From positions 6,192-70,191 of IMG/VR virus record IMGVR_UViG_3300035002_000022: a stretch of 64,000 bases of DNA. The stretch is one strand, 5' to 3'. The notes beneath the pieces are model-generated. The model did no database searches. It was not told the DNA's origin and was given only the letters and a program-made list of their open reading frames with translations. The translations under genes and the position numbers were made by a program. Below, piece after piece: positions 17,473 to 26,600 of this stretch. The DNA is from a virus. How positions within the stretch are numbered: position 1 is the stretch's first letter; each line of letters begins with the position of its first letter.

Positions 17473-18279
17473 ATGACACTCCAAGAAGTTCTCGCTGGCA
17501 CGGTTGGACTGGTGCTTTTGGTTGGCTGCAAATCTATTCCACAGCCTCAGTCGTCAACACCTCAAGCCTTAAAAGGAGAGATTGCTGTACTTTTTGAATC
17601 AAAATCTGACTCAGCATGGCGACTTAGGCATGTTAAAGATGCACCAGCAGTTCAGCAGTGCGATGGTAGTTCAGCAAGCGTTTCCAACGGTGCCGCGATC
17701 GGGAAGCAAATAAGATTAAAAAATGGAGCTGGCAATTTAATTGCTGCCGGAGCATTAAGCAATGGCGAAGTCCAAAAAATTAGCAGTTCTGGGGCTTGCG
17801 TCTTCAGTTTCGCAATGCAACCAATACCCGCAGCCGACTTTTATACGATTGAAATAGATCCTTATGGCAGTCTAAGCTTTTCCAAGCTCGACCTTGTTGC
17901 TAAACAATGGACTCTAGGCATAACAGTTGATTTAACTGCTCAGACTCTTTCTGACAATCTTGCCGCAGTTCGTGAAGAGACAATAGCAAAAAGAAAAGAA
18001 TATGATGCTGCCGACAGGTTGATTGCTAGCCTGGAAAATGCGACCAGCAAAATTGCAGAAAACGAAGAAAAGACAAACCGAGAATATAAGGAAAGACTGT
18101 ATTGCATCAACGAACAGAAATTAGCAAACTTCAATGACGTTGACAAAGAAGTTTTATCAAATGAATGCCGCAAATTTCTGGCTAAAACTGGCGCGCTGAA
18201 TGAACTGGTGAAAGGCGCTTCCGGCGAACTGAAGTATAGAACAGAACTCGATCCTCCAAAGCCAAAAGTGAAACCTTAA
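17473..18279 (+). CDS. lipoprotein (accessory, moron-like)
   Basis: Lipobox LLVGC; opposite strand to the tail genes; own terminator. Confidence 0.7.
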   Translation: MTLQEVLAGTVGLVLLVGCKSIPQPQSSTPQALKGEIAVLFESKSDSAWRLRHVKDAPAVQQCDGSSASVSNGAAIGKQIRLKNGAGNLIAAGALSNGEVQKISSSGACVFSFAMQPIPAADFYTIEIDPYGSLSFSKLDLVAKQWTLGITVDLTAQTLSDNLAAVREETIAKRKEYDAADRLIASLENATSKIAENEEKTNREYKERLYCINEQKLANFNDVDKEVLSNECRKFLAKTGALNELVKGASGELKYRTELDPPKPKVKP

Positions 18280-18284
18280 CCCAC

Positions 18285-18322
18285 AAAAGGGGCGAGTGAT
18301 GGGTTGTCGCTCGCCCCTTTTT
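18285..18322. terminator. bidirectional intrinsic terminator
   Basis: AAAAGGGGCGAG..CTCGCCCCTTTT stem between convergent genes. Confidence 0.75.
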
Positions 18323-18341
18323 GCTGATTTTCGATCTCAAC

Positions 18342-19778
18342 TCAACCCATCACAGCCTTAATCGCCTCATCCAATATGTCTAAGTCGGCACTACTGTAGA
18401 CATTGACCTTGCTGGTCGTACCGTTTGTTGATTGAGTTACCTTGGCTGGATTGACCCCATGCCGAAGCGCATAATTCCTGGAAGCTTTACGGGCAATTTC
18501 CAGCAAAGTATAGGTATCGGGTTGATAGCCCAGTTCTACACACCGATCGCTGATGAAATAAACCGATTCCTCTACTCTTTCGCTTGGCGCTGCTGACTTA
18601 CTTTGTGTTGATGAGCGATCGGACATCAGCAAATGCATCACCTCGTTCTTGAGCAGCAGTCTGTCTTGGTCATCAGCAACACCAATCTGCTCCAATAGCT
18701 CAAAGCCTTCTTTCAGCAACGCTAGTTTCGCCTGAGACTCTGACTTGTGCCGCACTAACTTCGTCGGCTCTGTTTTTGCTTTGGTTGATTGCCTATGCGA
18801 AGCCTTAACTGGCTCTGCTTTGACCTCGATCGTCTCCTGTAGTTTTGATTTAGATGGCAAACCTAGCACTTGGCAAAACTTTGCGGCTGGTTCAGAGCCT
18901 CTCACCATCTGCACCAATTTTAAGAACGCTTGTGGTGTCCAAATGACAGCACTACTGGTTGGCACCGCCAGGTTTAACTTCTTCCGCAAGCCTACTTTAA
19001 CGGGACGTGTGATCACCCCATCCTTGATTAGCGCTTCACGGTGTCGATGCCGAAAACCTGCTACTTTGCTACTCGTCACTTCTAACCACTCAGCTACGCC
19101 TTCATTGGTTGCAATCAGATCGCCATGCCATTTGGTGAATGGGTGAGGCTTGATCGCAGACATCACTTCAAGAATGCGATCGTCTGAGATTTCAGGGGCA
19201 GAAGTAGAAATTGGTTCAGGCTGTGTTGAGACAACCTTATCCACTGGCAAACCCGATTCACGCCAGCCTGTTTTAGCTTGAATGTGCGTCCTCAGTCCAA
19301 TGCCTGTGCAAATCATCAAAGCAAGCTTGGCTGCTTGAGTTTGATCCTTGGGACTAGCAAAAGAAGCGTAGTAAACTATAACCGCTGCACAGAAATCATC
19401 GGGCAAGATTTCAGAGCCTTGTGGATCAGAGTTGTTTACAAGCTTCAAAGCCTTGCCTGCAAATGATTTGAAGACTTCTGGAAGGGAGTTGTTTACAGGG
19501 TCAGAAGTACTAATCTTGCGTTCCCAATAGATGATGGACGGATGAGCTACTCCTGCCATGCGTCCTAATCCACTGTGGCTCATACCCGATCGCCCGGTTG
19601 TCTGCTCTGTGTAATATTCAATACCATCTTCCACTTGCTTAATGAAGTCCCCTGCTTGGGGCTGTCGAAAGAAAGCGTCAAAAGTACTGGGGAGAGTAGC
19701 GCCGTTGTTAGAGCCGTTGTTTGTGGAGTTGTGCGAAAATGTCATGAGGTTACCTCTAGATAAGTGATTTGGGTGCAA
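18342..19778 (-). CDS. antirepressor-like multidomain DNA-binding protein (likely start ATG 19745)
   Basis: SHSGLGRMAGV HTH-like N-domain, ORF6N-like segment NEGVAEWLEV..FRHRHRE, C-terminal KVNVYS..DLDIL motif. Confidence 0.55.
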   Translation of the reverse strand: MHPNHLSRGNLMTFSHNSTNNGSNNGATLPSTFDAFFRQPQAGDFIKQVEDGIEYYTEQTTGRSGMSHSGLGRMAGVAHPSIIYWERKISTSDPVNNSLPEVFKSFAGKALKLVNNSDPQGSEILPDDFCAAVIVYYASFASPKDQTQAAKLALMICTGIGLRTHIQAKTGWRESGLPVDKVVSTQPEPISTSAPEISDDRILEVMSAIKPHPFTKWHGDLIATNEGVAEWLEVTSSKVAGFRHRHREALIKDGVITRPVKVGLRKKLNLAVPTSSAVIWTPQAFLKLVQMVRGSEPAAKFCQVLGLPSKSKLQETIEVKAEPVKASHRQSTKAKTEPTKLVRHKSESQAKLALLKEGFELLEQIGVADDQDRLLLKNEVMHLLMSDRSSTQSKSAAPSERVEESVYFISDRCVELGYQPDTYTLLEIARKASRNYALRHGVNPAKVTQSTNGTTSKVNVYSSADLDILDEAIKAVMG

Positions 19779-19838
19779 CTGAACAGGCGATCGCTACTTT
19801 GGAAGGTGGGCGATCGCTTCAAACTTGGAGCGAGAACA

Positions 19839-20078
19839 ATGACTGTCAACGGAAATAATGAGAAGTTAGACATCTTGACTGAGCAGATCGGGCACCTGAC
19901 CGAGACGATGACCCATCTCTCAAGCACTGTTGACCATTTGGCGCAGACCGTTGAAACGGGTTTTACGGAGCTGAAAACGCTTGTTCAAAAACAGTCGGAG
20001 ACAGCGGATAAACAAGCTGATACGATCCGGTCATTAGCTGATAGCGTTGCTGTGCTGGTAGCGCAGCTCAACAAATAA
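19839..20078 (+). CDS. coiled-coil hypothetical protein
   Basis: GGAG RBS; heptad pattern. Confidence 0.55.
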   Translation: MTVNGNNEKLDILTEQIGHLTETMTHLSSTVDHLAQTVETGFTELKTLVQKQSETADKQADTIRSLADSVAVLVAQLNK

Positions 20079-20096
20079 TGTTAGGGGTTTAAGGCT

Positions 20097-20315
20097 TTAA
20101 TCAACCTCTTCGACCGCCGCGCCATGAGTGTTATGCGGGCTGTTCTTTCCTTCCCAGGGGCTACCTTCCCAAGGATCAAGCCCTCGCTCTGCACACCATT
20201 GCTTAAGAAAGGCAAGGTCTGCCCGAACTTTTGCGTTCTTCGCCTGTTTTTCAGCAGTCATCTCACGAATACGATCGGATAACTTCTGAAGGCGCTCTAA
20301 AAGCTCATCAGTCAT
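20097..20315 (-). CDS. hypothetical protein
   Basis: 72 aa; GAGG RBS; downstream of the Bro-N gene. Confidence 0.55.
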   Translation of the reverse strand: MTDELLERLQKLSDRIREMTAEKQAKNAKVRADLAFLKQWCAERGLDPWEGSPWEGKNSPHNTHGAAVEEVD

Positions 20316-20318
20316 GGC

Positions 20319-21203
20319 TTAACCCTCTAATTGCCGTGCTTGTCTTACCTGCCCATTCAAGGCTTTTTGCTGCATTCCCCAAACAAACAGGTTGGCAGCA
20401 GCATTGTCTTGGGTCAAAATGCGACGAGCTTCAGCATACCTTGACTCTGCAATGACGTAGTGCTGACGCAAATAAGCAGCCTCTTCCAGCCCGTCTCCAG
20501 TCTCGTAGTCAATGCCGATCGCTTTGAGCCGCTCTTTAGCTTTGCTCATGTCTTTCTTTGAGCTTGGATTTAGACCAGCATCCTTTAAGAGAGATGTCAG
20601 CGATCGACCTTTAGCTGTCTTGCCAACTACTAAATCGGTACCCTGCTCAATGAAAACGGTTTCTGGAGCTGGTGGTGCTAACTGAATTAGCTGTTCGCCT
20701 CTAGCTTCTGCCATCACACGTCGCCCAGTTTCCTCCCCCATCGTCGCAGTGACAGCAAAAAACGTCGTCTCACGATCGCGTTTCAATTTTTCAAGCTCTA
20801 ACTCTAGTTCTAATTCTCTCAGTCTTTCATTTTGAGCGGGAACGACTACTTCTGCTTCCCTAGTTTTCACAGCGAAATACGACTGAGCGGAGGCAATTTC
20901 CGGCTTGCGTGGATCTCCGTTCATCGCAACTAAGTAAGCACCAAGTCGCGAAAGTTTGTAATCTTCCATCGGTCTACCCCCTAAAGGGTTTTTTCCGGTA
21001 TCGCGGCTAAAGTGCTCTATGACTGGGTTTCCAGTGTTTTCACAGGCAAGCTTTGCACGGCTAATCACAGGGCTGAAATGCTTCCATTCGGAATAGCCAA
21101 GCAACGGCATCAATTCACGACCAGACCAATACTCATTACCTGCTTCGTCAATACGGCAGATTGAGTCAAAGAGATTAGAGGCTGCACGAGAAAGGTTAGG
21201 CAT
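20319..21203 (-). CDS. Bro-N/DinD-like antirepressor
   Basis: EYWSGRELMPLLGYSEW..DYKLSRLGAYLVAMNGDPRKPEIASAQSYF. Confidence 0.85.
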   Translation of the reverse strand: MPNLSRAASNLFDSICRIDEAGNEYWSGRELMPLLGYSEWKHFSPVISRAKLACENTGNPVIEHFSRDTGKNPLGGRPMEDYKLSRLGAYLVAMNGDPRKPEIASAQSYFAVKTREAEVVVPAQNERLRELELELELEKLKRDRETTFFAVTATMGEETGRRVMAEARGEQLIQLAPPAPETVFIEQGTDLVVGKTAKGRSLTSLLKDAGLNPSSKKDMSKAKERLKAIGIDYETGDGLEEAAYLRQHYVIAESRYAEARRILTQDNAAANLFVWGMQQKALNGQVRQARQLEG

Positions 21204-21417
21204 TAGCCCGCCTCCCCTGTCTTTCTATTTCAGCCTGAACAAGCTCATCAAAAGTACACCCGTATACAGCCATTACCTGCTGCATATGCACAGGAGTCAT
21301 TCTAGGCACAGTCTTAAGCTGCTCCCAGTTTCGGACAGTAGACATCGCCACTCCTAGCTCTGCGGCGACCTCTTCAGCCCTTTTACCAGATCTGAGGCGT
21401 AGTTGCTTCATATTCAT
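21196..21417 (-). CDS. XRE/Cro HTH regulator
   Basis: LRLRSGKRAEEVAAELGVAMSTVRNWEQ. Confidence 0.9.
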   Translation of the reverse strand: MNMKQLRLRSGKRAEEVAAELGVAMSTVRNWEQLKTVPRMTPVHMQQVMAVYGCTFDELVQAEIERQGRRANA

Positions 21418-21480
21418 ACCAATAGATTACTACGGCTAGTGTATCACATGTAAATGGTACGTTGTTAAAGTACCAAGCAG

Positions 21481-21509
21481 TTGACAGGTACTAACTAATT
21501 AGTAATAAT
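21481..21509 (+). promoter_or_regulatory. rightward promoter of cassette A
   Basis: TTGACA at 21481, then an AT-rich but imperfect -10 (TAATAA). Confidence 0.45.
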
Positions 21510-21590
21510 AAGGCATAGAGAAACCGCTGCCCCTCCCGCGAAGAAAAAGCAACGGCTCTCTGAATCCATACACAAGGACTCCTGCTCATT

Positions 21591-21854
21591 ATGACACCCG
21601 CAACCGCTCAAGTCTCTCCTGCTAAGCGCTTTACCAGCCTTCCTTTGTCCGCTCCACGCCCGATCGCTACTCCTCCGCAAGTCCGTCACATTGTCACCCT
21701 TATCAACCGACGCACTGAGGATGAGCGCACCCTGACCATCACGACCAAGACCGATCGCTTCACCGATGTGATCCGCGAGATTGCTCATCAGAAAGTGATC
21801 AACGGCTTGATGGGTTACGAGATTTGGGAAACCCTCTCAGAACCTGGCTTCTAA
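21591..21854 (+). CDS. hypothetical protein, cassette A gene 1
   Basis: 87 aa; AGGA RBS. Confidence 0.6.
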   Translation: MTPATAQVSPAKRFTSLPLSAPRPIATPPQVRHIVTLINRRTEDERTLTITTKTDRFTDVIREIAHQKVINGLMGYEIWETLSEPGF

Positions 21855-21927
21855 CATCCTCTACTTGCTGCACGGGTGAGCCTCCTCACCCCTCCTTTAC
21901 TCACTGCACTTTTAGAGGAATAGAACC
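21855..21927 (+). ncRNA. structured intergenic RNA motif, copy A
   Basis: TCCTCTA/TAGAGGA outer stem covering the RBS, TGCA/TGCA, inner GGGTGAG/CTCACCC; homologous to 28743-28813. Confidence 0.6.
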
Positions 21928-22212
21928 ATGCACCTGACCTATAAAGATGTTTTGCCGATTACGCGCCGTGCCTTTAACTTCACTCAGCGACTGCTCTACG
22001 CTCATTCTCAACCATACAAGGATTGGCTGATCATACCGACAGCCACACCAGAAGGGCGTTTTGCCTTCCGTGTCTTTGACCCCGATGGCATGGATTGGAC
22101 TGATCCGTATGGCGAAAACTACGTTTCGCTTACTGCTGCCCTAGAGATGGGTGAGCACTACATCAACCTGCAACTGGCGGAGTTAGAGGAGTCGTTACGT
22201 GAATCAGACTAA
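21928..22212 (+). CDS. hypothetical protein, cassette A gene 2
   Basis: 58/94 identical to 28458..28742 by manual alignment. Confidence 0.8.
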   Translation: MHLTYKDVLPITRRAFNFTQRLLYAHSQPYKDWLIIPTATPEGRFAFRVFDPDGMDWTDPYGENYVSLTAALEMGEHYINLQLAELEESLRESD

Positions 22213-22963
22213 CCCCTACCAGTTTCCGCAACCGAAGTACAAAGCGGGTCAGCATATCCAGACTGAGTGGCGCACTGATGACACAAAAGAACTGGTGATC
22301 GAACAGGGCGTAATCATTGCGCTGACCTATACCGATTACGAAGCCGATCGGCATCATTACGAATCCGGCTTCACCTACCACGTGCAGTTTTACAAGCCGC
22401 GTGTCTTTGTTGATGACGTACCAGAGAACGATATTGAAATCATTGGAGACATTGCTATGAGCCAATCTACTGCTACATCGCGTCAGTACAAGTTTCCACA
22501 ACCTAAGTTTGAGGAAGGTCAACATGTCCAGACCCCAGGAGGCAATTGCGGCGTGGTGTCTGCCTTTACCTACACGACCGACACAGAAGATTGTCGCCTT
22601 GAGCCTGGTTTCAATTACCGCATTGATTTTTATAAGCCTATTCAGATGAGCGATGTGTCGCACGAAAGCAAGCTCTTTCCACTAGATGAGAGAGGCGCGA
22701 TGGAGCGTTTGATCATTGCCGTACCTGAATCTGTACCAGTGCCTAAGTTTCAACTCTTTGAGGAGGCTTTCTACGGCAAGCACAAAGGGGTGATTGTAGC
22801 GATGGCTTATGAAAATCCGTTTGAAGCGCTGCGGCATAACTCGGAACCCGGTTGGCGTTACGACTTAAGCTATTCGCTCAATCGGACTCCGCTAGAAGCT
22901 GTATCTGTCAGTGAAGATGACACTCTGATCTATGAAGACTCGCTAAGCCGTTGTAGCTGTTAG
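22199..22963 (+). CDS. three-repeat small beta-barrel (SH3/KOW-like) protein, cassette A gene 3
   Basis: Three PKY/PKF..G..I/V...GF/W.Y units; paralogue of 27977..28471. Confidence 0.75.
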   Translation: MNQTNPYQFPQPKYKAGQHIQTEWRTDDTKELVIEQGVIIALTYTDYEADRHHYESGFTYHVQFYKPRVFVDDVPENDIEIIGDIAMSQSTATSRQYKFPQPKFEEGQHVQTPGGNCGVVSAFTYTTDTEDCRLEPGFNYRIDFYKPIQMSDVSHESKLFPLDERGAMERLIIAVPESVPVPKFQLFEEAFYGKHKGVIVAMAYENPFEALRHNSEPGWRYDLSYSLNRTPLEAVSVSEDDTLIYEDSLSRCSC

Positions 22964-22987
22964 ATAGCGCCATCATTTGGCAAATAA

Positions 22988-23017
22988 AAGCCCGGTAGAT
23001 TCACGTCTACCGGGCTT
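22988..23017. terminator. bidirectional terminator shared by cassette A and the pilin
   Basis: AAGCCCGGTAGA/TCTACCGGGCTT 12-bp stem. Confidence 0.75.
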
Positions 23018-23041
23018 GCACCTTTTATGGAGATAGAAACC

Positions 23042-23575
23042 TTATTTACCCAAATCCGCAAAATCCGGCTCAGCGCAAGACGGACCAACATTAGCGACGA
23101 AAGTTACTGCTGCTGGGTTACCGCTAGCAGGTTTTACTGACTGACAGAGCACGGCTAGAGTGGTAGCTTCCCCTTCTGTCGTGCCAGTCGTGAAGCCGAT
23201 GCCGACACCACCTGTATACGCCCTTAGTGTAGTGGTGAAAAGGGGGTAGGCAACATTAGCGACAGCGGATTCAGAGGCATCTTGGATCGCGTAAGTGTAG
23301 TTAGTCGTCTCGGTTTTGATGCCTAAGCCCAATAACGAAACATCACTAGAGAAAGCGTTGTTTTCCAGAAAGTGAGCCTGTTGAGCACGGTTCATAGAAC
23401 CTGCATAAGTCTTAGCTTCAGACTCTTTCGCTTTGTTTGCCTGGTTCAGGAAAGATGGCAGGGCGATCGCGGAGAGAATGCCGATGATGATGATAACAAC
23501 TAGCAGTTCAATCAAAGTGAAGCCGTCGTCTGACTTTTTGATAGCGTTGATGAGCTTGAATTGAATTGGTTGCAC
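23042..23575 (-). CDS. pilA: type IVa major pilin (cyanobacterial PilA1-like)
   Basis: GTG 23575 after GGAG; leader ..IKKSDDG|FTLIELLVVIIIIGILSAIALPSFLNQANKAKESEAK; E5; two C-terminal Cys. Confidence 0.9.
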   Translation of the reverse strand: MQPIQFKLINAIKKSDDGFTLIELLVVIIIIGILSAIALPSFLNQANKAKESEAKTYAGSMNRAQQAHFLENNAFSSDVSLLGLGIKTETTNYTYAIQDASESAVANVAYPLFTTTLRAYTGGVGIGFTTGTTEGEATTLAVLCQSVKPASGNPAAVTFVANVGPSCAEPDFADLGK

Positions 23576-23606
23576 AAGGAACTCCAGATTGGATTGAGTA
23601 GAACAT

Positions 23607-26600
23607 TTACAAGGCACGACCTGCACCACTGTTGTAGTAGTACGAGAGGTCAACGTTGCCACCCTCAGAAGTTGGCAGGTCTTTGAAGAAACCCGTGTAG
23701 CGCATCCTGCCCCATAAGTTAGCGCCGTCTTCAGAGCGATACCCCAGCGTTAGATTCTGTGCCGTGTCGCCGTGCTGTATGGTGGTAGTTGCCTTATTGA
23801 ATGCGCCTGCATTCACGCTAATGCCAATTTCGTTTGGGGAACCAGGCTTGTAGTAAATGGTGAGAAAATAGAACGTGCTAGAGGTAGCTCCACTAAAATT
23901 ACTAGCCAAAACTGTTTGCGAAGTAGGCGCACCCGTTGCAATGTTATACAAAACATAAACAAACCGTGACCCGTCGAAGTACAAGACGTATTCAAAAATA
24001 GCATTTGAATAATTCGTACCCGGCACAAAACCCTTTTGAAGAATGAAGTAAGCAGTAGTTGAATTTAAATAAGCCCATGTACACCAAGTAAAAGCAGCAT
24101 TGCCTACGGATATGTCGGCAGTATCAGCCCCGGTCAAAGTAGAGTTAGAACCCCCGCTTAGAGTGACATAATCGCCACTTGTAAAAGTTGCGCCTGCACC
24201 AGCATCAAGGTTAGGTGTACCCACAACCGCATTGCCATTACTTGTGAGGTTCCAATAAGCAGAAGGAGAACCAGCAGAAGGAACACTAGCAGCTAGGGTT
24301 GCGGGGGTAGCATTTAACCTGAGCACAGGTGCCACACCCGATCGCGCTACAGATGCATTCCGGCTACCACTCAACGCACTCAACCTGAGTACAGGTGCCA
24401 CACCGGAACGAACCACGGGCAAAGCGTCAAAAGGATATTGAGGATTAGAGACTAGGCTAGTGATTTCGGCGCTACTCAGAACGCGGTTCCACATCGTTAC
24501 GCAGTCAATCCATGTGCCAGCGAAGAAACCTGAGTTGGGCTGATTCAGTAAGAAACGATTACTGCCACCTGTCCGTACAATCAGCGGCTTACCTGTTGCT
24601 GTAACGGTTGTGAAATTAACACTATCAGTTAAGTTTCGGACAGCTAACCCTGCGGTGCCTGTAGGATTATTCCAAATTACTACGAGGTAGGTTTTGTTGA
24701 TGCTGTACGATTCGCTTGTCTCTAGCCCCACATCTTGAGCCGAATCAAATAGCGCTACGTCTCCGTTGCCAGTCGTAGACGCATACTGGAAGGTGATTTT
24801 AGTGCCATTAAAGACAACCTGCATTTGAGTGGCACCAGAGCTTGTGTTGTAGTAGCACAACGGAATATAAGTGTAGCTAGAGCTTTGCGGTCTGAAAACA
24901 AAGGCTTGCGTAAACGATTTGTCGTCAATCCGCAGCGCTGTGCCAGTAGCAATGCTGATTTGCAGGAAAGAACCATAGACACCAGAACCAGCAGTGTCGC
25001 TACTGGTAAAGGCTTGACCGTTATAGCCAGTGACATAGGTAGGTGTTGCTGTTTGTAGGCTGCCAGCATTTTGATCAAAGTAGCGACAGATCCAATTATT
25101 CGTACTAATTGCATCATTGAGGCTGTTGTCAAGCTTCCAGGCACCGATCGCGCCTGTAGCCAGAGAGCTGCCGCCAATCACTCCGACACCTGAACCACTC
25201 AAGGCAGAAAGCCTGAGTACAGGAGCTACGCCCGATCGCGTAATTGTTGTAGCAGCTTTGCCACTAGGGGCAAACAAGCGAATGATCGGTGCCACACCAG
25301 AACGACTGATCAACGAACCGAACGAGCCAGAGATACTACTGAGTTGCAGGACTGGCGCTACACCTGATCGCATCACTGTAGGCACATAGGGCAGCACTGG
25401 CACAGTAGCGTTAGCGGGGATGGTTGCCAGCCAGATTAACTCACACCCCACAGTGGCGCGAGTGCGATCGTGCGAGAAGCTCAGCCCGTCAACTTGATAA
25501 ACAATCGTGTCATACACCTTTGACCAAACACCACTGCTAAACACAAAGCGCGGTTCTCTGACGTGGATGACCGGGTAAGGGTTTTCATTGGTCAACCATT
25601 CGTCAGTCAGCCCTAGCAGGATTTGCGCTCCTTGTCTGCGTCCGACGAGATCCTCACCTATTTCTTGAGCGATCGCGCTTGCTTGCTCATTGCTGATCAT
25701 CCAGGGGATTGAGATAAAGCGGCGACGGTCTTGCTGATTGGAACCTGCAAAGCTGCCAAATAACGCCACGCCGTCTAGCTGTCGTTCATTGCGTCCGTAG
25801 CGCTGTGGTCGCCGTTCAGCAGCAGGAGGGTTGTTTTGCCCACTGCCGCTCACCGTAGAAATTGGATTGGTTGTAGTGAGTCTGATTTTCTCGCTGACCG
25901 TTGCCGTATCAGGCACAGCATCAGGAAAGACATCAATCAGCGGTGCGGCTGGCGCTTGTGTGTACTCCCATTGCCCCGGTCTGATTTCGCGGTACGTCTG
26001 GATTTCACTCGCAGCAGGGACTTGGAAAATCACGCCTGCTGTCAATGGATTCACGTCAGGCAGAACGCTTGCCAGCATGCGGCTAGTGCGGCTTTCAATC
26101 TCGTCTACTACTTCTTTGGGCGTGTAGTGGTAGTAGGTGATCGTGCGAGTATCGATCGACGGACTAAAAGCCGCGTAATTTGCCTTCTGAGCAGTGCTTA
26201 AGCCACTCCAAAATTCGCTGGCTGCTACTCGAAACGGACGCACGATCGTTGTCTCGTCTTGCAGCAACTTCCCATTGCCGCAGACATTAACCTCGTAAGT
26301 CTTGATATTAGTCGTGCGGCGACTGAAGATGAGCGAATCATCACCTGGCGAATCGTCAGGTGCTAATAAGCCACGAGGCTCAAGTTCCTCGACTTCATGC
26401 AGGATTTGCGTTGCGTCCTGTGCGTCTCTAGTGCAGGTAATCCGAGTGACAAGATTAGAGCCAGGGGCATAAGTGATTTTGCAAACGGTTGTGTCTTGCC
26501 AGGTATCCGTGATGTCGTAGGTTGAGCCTTGCACGCGAATTTCTTCGCATGGCGTTTCTTGCCCAGCGACAGGCATATACTCAGCCTCGTCTTCTCCGAT

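Noticed and set aside
23576-23662. N-terminal 29 aa of the 206-aa pilin ORF in the track
   Set aside because: Overlaps the hub gene; the GTG at 23575 has a GGAG RBS and gives a normal 18-aa prepilin leader
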